The notes below the pieces were generated by a model. That model made no database searches. It had not been told where the DNA came from and worked only from the letters and a program-made list of their open reading frames with translations. 64,000 nucleotides of DNA from Anaerolineales bacterium. Lineage in GTDB: Bacteria; Chloroflexota; Anaerolineae; Anaerolineales; UBA11858. The stretch covers positions 7,805 through 71,804 of the forward strand of contig JBARSF010000017.1 of the NCBI GenBank assembly GCA_049644605.1. Reading direction: 5' to 3'. Positions 49,916 to 57,041 of the stretch are shown piece by piece; position 1 is the first letter of the stretch, and every line of letters starts with the position of its first letter. The position numbers were made by a program, and so were the translations under genes.

Positions 49916-50353
49916 ATGAAAAGTGTTTATAACACTGGTGATCGTGCATCAAAATGGATCCGTTGGATTGCACGTATTTGGTCCTCTCCGATCATAATTT
50001 ACTCTCTGATAATGGTTGCCGGCTATGCATGGAACTGGGTGACAACCGGTGTAGCAGACCCCTATGCGGTGGAAGGATATCCCCCCACAGAAGCCCTGCC
50101 CCCCATCTTAATGTTTCTGAGTATCTTGGGATTAGGCATCGCCTGGCGTTGGGAGAGACTAGGGGGAGCGATTACCCTTGTTTTCCTATTAGCAACGGTT
50201 TCGTTGCTTCTTATTCAAAGCCCGATCACTGATGATTTCTATCACTCAGCGATCCCTTATTTTATGTCGGTGGTGATTGCCATCCCTGGAATATTGTTCT
50301 TGGTATGTTGGTGGCGATCGAGAACGGTGCCAATAGTTAAGAACGGTGCCTAA
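49916..50353 (+). CDS. Cassette 1: small integral membrane protein, unknown function
   Basis: 145 aa, 4 hydrophobic segments, AGGAGG RBS. The stop TAA lies inside the R'' core GCCTAAC. Confidence 0.75.
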   Translation: MKSVYNTGDRASKWIRWIARIWSSPIIIYSLIMVAGYAWNWVTTGVADPYAVEGYPPTEALPPILMFLSILGLGIAWRWERLGGAITLVFLLATVSLLLIQSPITDDFYHSAIPYFMSVVIAIPGILFLVCWWRSRTVPIVKNGA

Positions 50354-50422
50354 CCCCCGCTGCACCCGACCCTTCGATCCGCCCTGCGGGCTACTCAGGG
50401 CAGGTGAGCTCTTCCGTTATGC
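50348..50422 (+). repeat. attC1 (75 bp)
   Basis: GCCTAAC ccccgctgcaccc ... gccctg/cagggc stem ... ggtgagctcttcc GTTATGC. The R'' core is the reverse complement of GTTAGGC at 49882. Confidence 0.85.
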
Positions 50423-50473
50423 GCTATCTTTTTTTTGTATGCTAAAGTTCGATGTGTTTGAAGGAGGAAAGCA

Positions 50474-51157
50474 ATGGATTTGTCCTTACTAAAACCATAT
50501 CATGGTTACCAATCATCAATTATTCCATTCTCTAGTGGTTATTATCTCTATCTTGCAAGCTGGGACAGCACACCAACCAGCTTTTCTTCCTTCTCCAATA
50601 TTTGGGTGGTCACGCCAGAAGATAAAAGAATACTATTCGCAGATCCTCCAGCTTCGAGCGAAATTGTCTGTATTTATCATGATTTCCATGAAATCTATGG
50701 AGCGTCAATATCTCTTGATTGGGCTTTAGAAAATCATCTCCGGATTCAATGTGCGTCTCTTAATAATGACAACGAACTGGACGCTGAATTTTACTTACAG
50801 GAGACTCTATCGTCACGATTGCTTGTTTCCCTTGCCAGTAGTCCCCCCACACGGTTCATGGTTTCCAAACCCCTGGTAACAATATCAAACTTCTTGGTGA
50901 ACTTATTTGTAGCCAAGGGAGGCTCGACATTACTTGGAAAAACTGAAACCGGTCAGACTTTCTATAATGGCTCGACTGACCGATTATTTAAAGTCATTCA
51001 AGGTTCTGCAACCTTGAATGGCAAGGATTTGGGAGAGGTTTCAAGACCCACTTGGCCTGTAGAATTTGGTGATGCTATTCCATTTGTTCAGCCTGTGATT
51101 AAGTTGGGAACTCTCTACATACCTTACGAAGAAGAAATGCTGGAGAATAGCGCATAA
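50474..51157 (+). CDS. Cassette 2: hypothetical soluble protein (227 aa)
   Basis: GGAGG RBS. The stop TAA lies inside the R'' core GCATAAC. No family recognised. Confidence 0.75.
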   Translation: MDLSLLKPYHGYQSSIIPFSSGYYLYLASWDSTPTSFSSFSNIWVVTPEDKRILFADPPASSEIVCIYHDFHEIYGASISLDWALENHLRIQCASLNNDNELDAEFYLQETLSSRLLVSLASSPPTRFMVSKPLVTISNFLVNLFVAKGGSTLLGKTETGQTFYNGSTDRLFKVIQGSATLNGKDLGEVSRPTWPVEFGDAIPFVQPVIKLGTLYIPYEEEMLENSA

Positions 51158-51275
51158 CCCCCGCTCCACCCGACAGCCGGTAAAGACGGAAGACGGGGGA
51201 CGGAGGACAGGAAAGGCAAAGCCCGGCTGCGGGTGTCCTTCGTTAGCTCAGGATAATTAAGCTCATCCGTTGGGA
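51152..51275 (+). repeat. attC2 (124 bp, composite 3' end)
   Basis: GCATAAC ccccgctccacccgacagccgg ... cccggctgcgggtg ... GTTAGCT (51242) ... ataattaagctcatcc GTTGGGA (51269). The R'' core is the reverse complement of GTTATGC at 50416. Confidence 0.8.
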
Positions 51276-51288
51276 GGCAACAAAAACT

Positions 51289-52173
51289 ATGTTGATTGAT
51301 CCAAACGAAAATCGTAAAAACATCGAAAAATACTTGAGTAAGAATCTGGGATACCAGGTAGAGTTAGTTCAAGTAACGAAGTTAACGAAAGGCACGCGAG
51401 AAGCCCCCTGGAAATTAGTGATTGAAGCTAATGGAAAAGATGAATCATATGTGCTTCAGTTAGATCAAAAGAGCCTGGATTATGAATATCAAGTTCTAAA
51501 AGTAATGGAACGGATTCCGATTCCCACTCCAAAAGCATATGGACTGGAATTATCAGGGAAAGAAATTGGAGTTCCATGTTACTTTAGTGATTTCATTGAA
51601 GGCGAATCACTGCTAGAGCCAATGCTTGCAGGTGATTTTTGGGCTGAAGAGTTGTACATCAATACAGTCAGTGAATTACAATCAGTCACAGAAGAAGAGT
51701 TAGGAAGTTTTGCCAAGACATTAAAATATGAAACCGCTGAAGATGTGTTGGAAGAAGCATATTCTGACCTGAAAACCGCATCGCGTTCTTTAGTTGATGA
51801 TGCATACAGAGAACTGAAAAACACTATGCTGGAGTTACCCGCAGTACAGTTTAGCAATGGGGATTTATGGCTAGAGAACTTTATCGTGAAAGATAGGAAA
51901 TTAGCGGGTGTTATCGATTTTCCAAACGCAACGTTTAGCGATCCGATATATGAGTTCTTATTGACATTCTTTGTTGCACCAGAACTGCAAGGACGGGGAA
52001 TAGAAGAACGGTATTGTCGCCAAATGGGATATGACCCGTCTGCACTTCATTGGTATCACGGCCTAGAGTATTTTGACACATGGCGCTGGGTCTTAAAAAC
52101 TGGCGAAGGTTTTGTTCATCATACAGCTGAAAGTTTAGAGACAGATTTACGGAATTGGTTAGGTGGTAAATGA
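51289..52173 (+). CDS. Cassette 3: aminoglycoside/choline-kinase-type phosphotransferase (APH family) protein
   Basis: 294 aa with a Brenner-like motif NGDLWLENFIV and a downstream VIDFPNATFSDPIYEF (DFG-like) segment. Confidence 0.7.
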   Translation: MLIDPNENRKNIEKYLSKNLGYQVELVQVTKLTKGTREAPWKLVIEANGKDESYVLQLDQKSLDYEYQVLKVMERIPIPTPKAYGLELSGKEIGVPCYFSDFIEGESLLEPMLAGDFWAEELYINTVSELQSVTEEELGSFAKTLKYETAEDVLEEAYSDLKTASRSLVDDAYRELKNTMLELPAVQFSNGDLWLENFIVKDRKLAGVIDFPNATFSDPIYEFLLTFFVAPELQGRGIEERYCRQMGYDPSALHWYHGLEYFDTWRWVLKTGEGFVHHTAESLETDLRNWLGGK

Positions 52174-52193
52174 CTAAAGAAGCAGACGTTGCC

Positions 52194-52320
52194 GCACAAC
52201 CCAAGTTGCACCGGACTTGGCGATAGCCAAGGGGGTACGTGGCGCGATTTGCTGATTCTAGTTTTGGTTCAAGGATGGATCAGAGCAAATACCGCCAAGC
52301 CAGTGAACAAACCGTTATCT
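52194..52320 (+). repeat. attC3 (127 bp, long family)
   Basis: GCACAAC ccaagttgcaccgg ... gcgcgatttgct ... ccagtgaacaaacc GTTATCT. The R'' core matches the upstream core GTTGGGA at only 5 of 7 positions. Confidence 0.7.
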
Positions 52321-52338
52321 GGCAAAGGAAGCCCTCTC

Positions 52339-53493
52339 ATGAGACTTAATCCATTCAAACTTGAACGCTACTTCGCTAAGCATGAGTTCTCGACCCCGTA
52401 TTTGCTATGTTCCTCGGATTGCGAAAGCATAGAACTGCGGGACCTGCTGGCCCTCGAACCAGGGGCACCAGAGCGGCTATCCGCGCTTTGGCTCGGCTAC
52501 ACGGAGTCACTAGGCAATCCTGAGCTTCGGCATGCCATAACAACACTGTATGATCATATAGAGGCCAATCAGGTTCTTGTGCACGCAGGAGCCGAAGAGG
52601 CGATCTTCAATTTCATGAACGTCGTTCTCAGCCCTGACGATCACGTCATCGTGCATTCGCCCCACTACCAGTCTCTTGGAGAGGTGGCTCGGAGTATCGG
52701 TGCCAACGTATCCGAATGGCAAGGCAATCCGGATAATACGTGGGAACTCGACCTTAAATTTCTGGAAAGTTCTCTCACCGCTCGTACGAAGGTGGTAGTG
52801 GTCAACTTCCCACACAATCCAACCGGGTTTCTGCCTAGGTCCGAGTTCGTACGCGAGCTATCGGCGCTCTCCGATCAGCACGGTTTCATCGTCTTCTCTG
52901 ATGAGGTGTACCGCGGACTGGAACTCGATCCGTCCGACCATTTACCCGCCTTCACCGATCTAAACAATCGCGCTGTATCGCTTGGTGTGATGTCGAAGAC
53001 CTACGGCCTCGCCGGATTGCGAATCGGCTGGATCGCGACTCGTGACGACCGTCTCTTCCGCGAGCTTGCAGCGTTCAAGGACTACACGACCATCTGCAAC
53101 AGTGCTCCAAGTGAGTTCCTGGCGACTCTTGCATTGCGACATGCCGAAGTAATTGTCGAACGAAACCTGCAGATCATCCGCGACAACCTCGATCGCCTCG
53201 ACTCTTTCTTCGACTCTCATACGGATCTGTTCGGCTGGTATCGTCCCAAGGCTGGGTCTATAGCATTCCCCTCGCTGCTACGGGGAGCGGTTGATGAGTT
53301 CTGCGCCGATCTGGCTGAAAAGTCAGGAGTCCTACTGCTGCCGGGAACCCTCTATGGAGAAGAGTACAACTCGTTCCGCATCGGCTTCGGCCGCAAGAAC
53401 TTGCCCGAATCTCTTAAAAGGTTCGAGGCGTACCTGCGAAGACCAGATAACAAGGCTAATTCAGCCGACGTAAAAAGCCGCGCTGCTAATTAG
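52339..53493 (+). CDS. Cassette 4: class I/II PLP-dependent aminotransferase
   Basis: MRLNPFKLERYFAKHEF N-terminus and an SKTYGLAGLRIGW lysine motif. Start moved to 52339 (AAGGAAG upstream) because the track start at 52189 lies inside attC3. The C-terminal codons read into attC4. Confidence 0.8.
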   Translation: MRLNPFKLERYFAKHEFSTPYLLCSSDCESIELRDLLALEPGAPERLSALWLGYTESLGNPELRHAITTLYDHIEANQVLVHAGAEEAIFNFMNVVLSPDDHVIVHSPHYQSLGEVARSIGANVSEWQGNPDNTWELDLKFLESSLTARTKVVVVNFPHNPTGFLPRSEFVRELSALSDQHGFIVFSDEVYRGLELDPSDHLPAFTDLNNRAVSLGVMSKTYGLAGLRIGWIATRDDRLFRELAAFKDYTTICNSAPSEFLATLALRHAEVIVERNLQIIRDNLDRLDSFFDSHTDLFGWYRPKAGSIAFPSLLRGAVDEFCADLAEKSGVLLLPGTLYGEEYNSFRIGFGRKNLPESLKRFEAYLRRPDNKANSADVKSRAAN

Positions 53494-53504
53494 CAGCGTT
53501 AGGC
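53445..53504 (+). repeat. attC4 (60 bp)
   Basis: AGATAAC aaggctaattcagcc ... gctgctaattagcagc GTTAGGC. The R'' core is the exact reverse complement of GTTATCT at 52314. Confidence 0.8.
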
Positions 53505-53510
53505 TGTTGA

Positions 53511-54350
53511 ATGAGTAAAGTGAAAATGATTAGTTTGGAAGAGATACGAATGATACGAATCGATGCTGGACCTTTCACTATGGGAACCAGCGAACGAGAG
53601 ATCGATATAATAGAAAGGCAAGATGATCTCGCCAAGAAATGGAGAATCAAAGGCAACTTCAGTAGAGAACAGCCACAATGCACTATTTCGCTGAAACCAT
53701 ACTTGATATCAAAGTATCCCGTAACAGTTGGGGAATACAGAAAATTCCTAAAAGCAAAAGGATATCAAACACGGCAGTATTGGACAGAAACGGGATGGTT
53801 ATGGGTGCAATCAAATAATAGAAAGCAACCTGATTATTGGAATGAACAAAAATGGACCTGGAATGATAAGCTCCCAGTGATAGGAGTAAGTTGGTATGAA
53901 GCAATGGCATATTGTCACTGGATATGTGAAAGTACAGGAAAGAAAGTGCGCCTGCCAACGGAAGCAGAGTGGGAAAAGGCAGCACGTGGAAGGGATAAGA
54001 GGATATATCCTTGGGGGAATGAGTTTGATGTAAATATGTGTAACACAAGATTGAGTGGACTGAATAAAACAATACCAGTTGATGAAGCTAGCCCAAGTTC
54101 CGAAAGCCCATATAAATGTTGTGACATGGCAGGGAACGCGTCTGAGTGGACGATAAGCGAATTCAAGCCATATCCTTACAAGGGAGAAAATGGAAGAAAC
54201 GAAATTGAAGGAGAGAAATTGCGGGTTGTTCGGGGAGGTTCTTGGTTCAAACCACAAATAAGAGCCAGAGTATCGGCTCGTGGGATGAACGATCCATTCT
54301 TTACAGATAACGATGTAGGATTTAGATTTGTGTGTGAAGCATATGGATAG
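53511..54350 (+). CDS. Cassette 5: formylglycine-generating enzyme (SUMF1/FGE-sulfatase) domain protein
   Basis: [35 protein letters not shown] and RVVRGGSW motifs. Start (53511 or 53526) is uncertain. Confidence 0.8.
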   Translation: MSKVKMISLEEIRMIRIDAGPFTMGTSEREIDIIERQDDLAKKWRIKGNFSREQPQCTISLKPYLISKYPVTVGEYRKFLKAKGYQTRQYWTETGWLWVQSNNRKQPDYWNEQKWTWNDKLPVIGVSWYEAMAYCHWICESTGKKVRLPTEAEWEKAARGRDKRIYPWGNEFDVNMCNTRLSGLNKTIPVDEASPSSESPYKCCDMAGNASEWTISEFKPYPYKGENGRNEIEGEKLRVVRGGSWFKPQIRARVSARGMNDPFFTDNDVGFRFVCEAYG

Positions 54351-54357
54351 AAGCACA

Positions 54358-54481
54358 GCCTAACCACCGCTCCACCCGACAGCCAGGGGCGGGACCGGGG
54401 ACGAGGACGGAAGACCGGGAATAATAATCTGGCTGCGGGTGCCCTTCGTAAGCTCAGCATAATTAAGCTTATGCGTTAGGT
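54358..54481 (+). repeat. attC5 (124 bp, composite 3' end)
   Basis: GCCTAAC caccgctccacccgacagcc ... ggctgcgggtg ... GTAAGCT ... ataattaagcttatgc GTTAGGT. The R'' core is the reverse complement of GTTAGGC at 53498. Confidence 0.8.
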
Positions 54482-54503
54482 CGCAGTTTGTCAGGGAGTG
54501 ACT

Positions 54504-55169
54504 ATGATACGGGCTATTGTAGTGACAGTGGCATTATTCCTCCTCCTAGGAGGGTGCTTATTCGGCGGCGCCGGCACTATGTCATGGCCTATAGCTTGGG
54601 CTGTTCTGGGTATTTATTCCGCCTCCAAGGCGGCTACCTTCGCCTTCGTCGACCCAGCACTCATCAAGGAACGGGCGGCACCCGGGCAGGGCGTGGACCG
54701 CGTTGATAAGGTGCTCGCGACCTTGGGATATCTGGGCCTGTACCCTGGTTCATTTGTGGCCGCTGGGCTTGATGCGGTTCGCTTCGGCCCCTCCATCCCC
54801 ATCCCCCAATTTATCAAGCTGACGGCGCTCCTCATCTTTGCTCTCGGCTATGGCATAGCATTCTGGGCAGTACTTTGCAACCCGTTCTTCTCCACCTTTG
54901 TGCGAATTCAGGATGATCGTGACCACTCGGTCGTCTCATCAGGCGCGTATGCTCTGGTTCGGCATCCTGGCTATGCGGGCGTTCTTCTCGCCCACTTGGC
55001 CCTTCCGCTCGCGCTTGGATCTATCTGGTCTTTGGTACCAGCGGCTGTGGGCACGATCTTGTTCGTGGCGCGAACAGCACGCGAAGATCAAACGCTTCGA
55101 GACCATCTTGTCGGGTACCGTGAGTATCAAACCCGGGTTCGTTGGCGACTTTTACCAGGAGTTTGGTAG
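54504..55169 (+). CDS. Cassette 6: isoprenylcysteine carboxyl methyltransferase (ICMT/PEMT superfamily) membrane protein
   Basis: GAYALVRHPGYAG ... REDQTL ... YREYQTRVRWRLLPGVW. Start set to the ATG at 54504 (GGGAG 5 nt upstream); the track start is a GTG at 54498. Confidence 0.8.
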   Translation: MIRAIVVTVALFLLLGGCLFGGAGTMSWPIAWAVLGIYSASKAATFAFVDPALIKERAAPGQGVDRVDKVLATLGYLGLYPGSFVAAGLDAVRFGPSIPIPQFIKLTALLIFALGYGIAFWAVLCNPFFSTFVRIQDDRDHSVVSSGAYALVRHPGYAGVLLAHLALPLALGSIWSLVPAAVGTILFVARTAREDQTLRDHLVGYREYQTRVRWRLLPGVW

Positions 55170-55202
55170 CCGGATGCCTGCGGGTGAGCTCTTTCGTTGG
55201 GC
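55170..55202 (+). repeat. attC6 remnant (3' half only)
   Basis: ccggatgcctgcgggtgagctctttc GTTGGGC retains the L'/R' half. The expected R'' core (ACCTAAC) and L'' box are absent. Confidence 0.6.
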
Positions 55203-55232
55203 GCGTCTTGGAAACGGTCACGGGAGGTTACC

Positions 55233-55904
55233 ATGAAACATGCCGTTGAATTATTTTTTAGGATTGCCCTTTTGGTGCTCACCTTGTTTATTTGGCTGTG
55301 GGCGCTCAATCAACCGAGTTCAAATACAATGAATCTGATCCTCATTGCAGGAAGTGTATTGTTGGTATTCCCAACCGTTTGGCTCGGGAGGATGATCCTC
55401 GACAGACAGCCAACAACGAGCCGCGCCGCCTGGATAACCATCTTTGTCCATTATGCCGTGTTGATCATATTTGGCATTGCCATCATTCAAGCAGTAACCA
55501 CTCATCAAGATTGGTCTGGCTGGGTACTCCCAGTACCAACTGAAATCGGCTTGTTGTTAGTCATTATTACCGGGGCAGCCGCACTGTTCTCCGTGATAAA
55601 CCTTGCCTTAAAAGGGCTCGGTGCACCTTTTGCGATTGCGCTCAGCAAGAAATTGGCGGTAGATTGGATGTATGCCTGGACGCGTAATCCCATGGTGCTT
55701 GCAACTCTGGCCCTTCTGCTGTCATTGGGAATCTGGTTTCAGTCAGTGCTGTTTGTGCTCTGGGTACTCATCCTGTTTACACCGGCATTGCTTGTCTTCG
55801 TGAAAGTGTATGAAGAACGAGAACTAGAGTTACGCTTTGGGGCATCCTATCTGGAGTACAAATCCAGAACGCCGATGTTGTTTCCAAGAAAGCCAAGAGG
55901 TTAA
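55233..55904 (+). CDS. Cassette 7: second ICMT/PEMT-superfamily membrane methyltransferase
   Basis: MYAWTRNPMVLA ... YEERELELRFGASYLEYKSRTPMLFP. Start set to the ATG at 55233 (GGGAGG upstream). Confidence 0.78.
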   Translation: MKHAVELFFRIALLVLTLFIWLWALNQPSSNTMNLILIAGSVLLVFPTVWLGRMILDRQPTTSRAAWITIFVHYAVLIIFGIAIIQAVTTHQDWSGWVLPVPTEIGLLLVIITGAAALFSVINLALKGLGAPFAIALSKKLAVDWMYAWTRNPMVLATLALLLSLGIWFQSVLFVLWVLILFTPALLVFVKVYEERELELRFGASYLEYKSRTPMLFPRKPRG

Positions 55905-55914
55905 ACCATGTGCC

Positions 55915-56041
55915 GCCCAACACCGGCTCCAGCGGACAGCGGCTCTGCCGCTCGAAAACCGGTGCGATTTGCCAGAAATAGTCCATAATTGAGAAAGAGT
56001 CTCGCCAGCTCCGCGGCTGCGGCTGAGCTCATCCGTTGGGC
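55915..56041 (+). repeat. attC7 (127 bp, long family)
   Basis: GCCCAAC accggctccagcgg ... ggtgcgatttgcc ... ggctgagctcatcc GTTGGGC. The R'' core is the reverse complement of GTTGGGC at 55196. Confidence 0.85.
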
Positions 56042-56084
56042 GGCAATAAATGACTCGCTGGAATATTAGACAAAGGAAGAACAC

Positions 56085-56465
56085 ATGAAGCTGGCAAGAT
56101 GGACTTTTCGAACCGCAGGTATCTTTGGTTTAATCGTGATGGTTCCACTACTTTTTGCTGAGAAGTTGATCGTTCAGATCATGCCACCAGTCGTAAATCA
56201 TCCAGAGTTCTTTTATGGTTTCGTTATTCTGAATATATGCTGGCAGATTTTGTACCTTTTCTTGTCCAAGGATCCGGTCCGATTTCGCCCTATAATGATC
56301 CCTTCCTTTTTCGCAAAAGCAAGCGGACCGGTTGCTTTGATGTGGTTATATTTTCAAGGTCGGATTTCCAGGCAGTGGATTACGACTACAATACTGGATG
56401 GAGTTTTCGCTATCCTATTCTTAATCTCGTTTTGGTTAACAGGGCAGGAAACCAGCAGTGCTTGA
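56085..56465 (+). CDS. Cassette 8: small integral membrane protein, unknown function
   Basis: 126 aa, 4 hydrophobic segments, AAGGAAG RBS. Confidence 0.7.
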   Translation: MKLARWTFRTAGIFGLIVMVPLLFAEKLIVQIMPPVVNHPEFFYGFVILNICWQILYLFLSKDPVRFRPIMIPSFFAKASGPVALMWLYFQGRISRQWITTTILDGVFAILFLISFWLTGQETSSA

Positions 56466-56594
56466 ATACAATAGAGAAGACCAAAAAAAGACTCTAATTT
56501 CGTAGTTGTTTTAAGCAGCCTTCCGGAAGATCCTTATTTCACTTGTTTCTCTCAAGATTTGATTTTGGAAAATAAGAAGTCAAGGGAAAAAGCC

Positions 56595-56651
56595 GCCCAA
56601 CCCCCCAGGCACATGACCGTGCTGCGCTGGGGAGGAAGCGGCGCGTTTTGC
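56595..56651 (+). repeat. attC8 (57 bp, non-canonical R' core)
   Basis: GCCCAAC cccccagg ... ctgggg aggaagcggcgc GTTTTGC. gccGCCCAAC is the reverse complement of GTTGGGCggc at 56035. Confidence 0.7.
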
Positions 56652-57041
56652 AGCATTTGGCTCTGGCTAAACCAGCTTCAGGAACAAAAACGCACGGCAA
56701 ATGATGTCATCGTTAGCCTGGCAAAACTTGCAGATTGAATAATCATTTGGCTGCCTGGACCCGGAATAAGGATTCTGTGAAAATTAATTATGTGGTTTCC
56801 GGAACGATTCGTGCTGGTTATTTTATGATTTATGCTGATCGAGATAAAAATATGGTGGCGTGAATATTCATAAGAAACAATCATTGAATCACCCTTAATA
56901 AATCTCGCTTTTTTAGCTTGATCCCATTTCGGGTAGAAGATGGTGCTGATTATCAGGTTTAAATCCCTTATTCTTGCTATAATCTAGTAGTTACTCAAAA
57001 CCAGATTCTGGATATGTGTTGGACCTCTAGGAGTAATGATT

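Larger units (their letters stand above)
49882..56651 (+). mobile_element. Integron-type gene cassette array 1 (8 cassettes); no integrase in window
   Basis: ORFs are separated by RYYYAAC...GTTRRRY imperfect palindromes. Opening and closing cores of individual cassettes are exact reverse complements (see findings). Confidence 0.85.

Noticed and set aside
52189-52338. Track start of the aminotransferase ORF at 52189, and similarly 62744 for the methyltransferase
   Set aside because: The upstream codons lie inside attC3 (or attC3') and merely happen to be open. Conserved N-termini and SD-like sequences support internal ATGs at 52339 and 62789.
53683-54460. Minus-strand ORFs (129, 181, 83 and 94 aa) inside and after the FGE cassette
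   Set aside because: They are antisense to a well-supported FGE-domain gene or run through attC5. Their products are low-complexity with no start signals.
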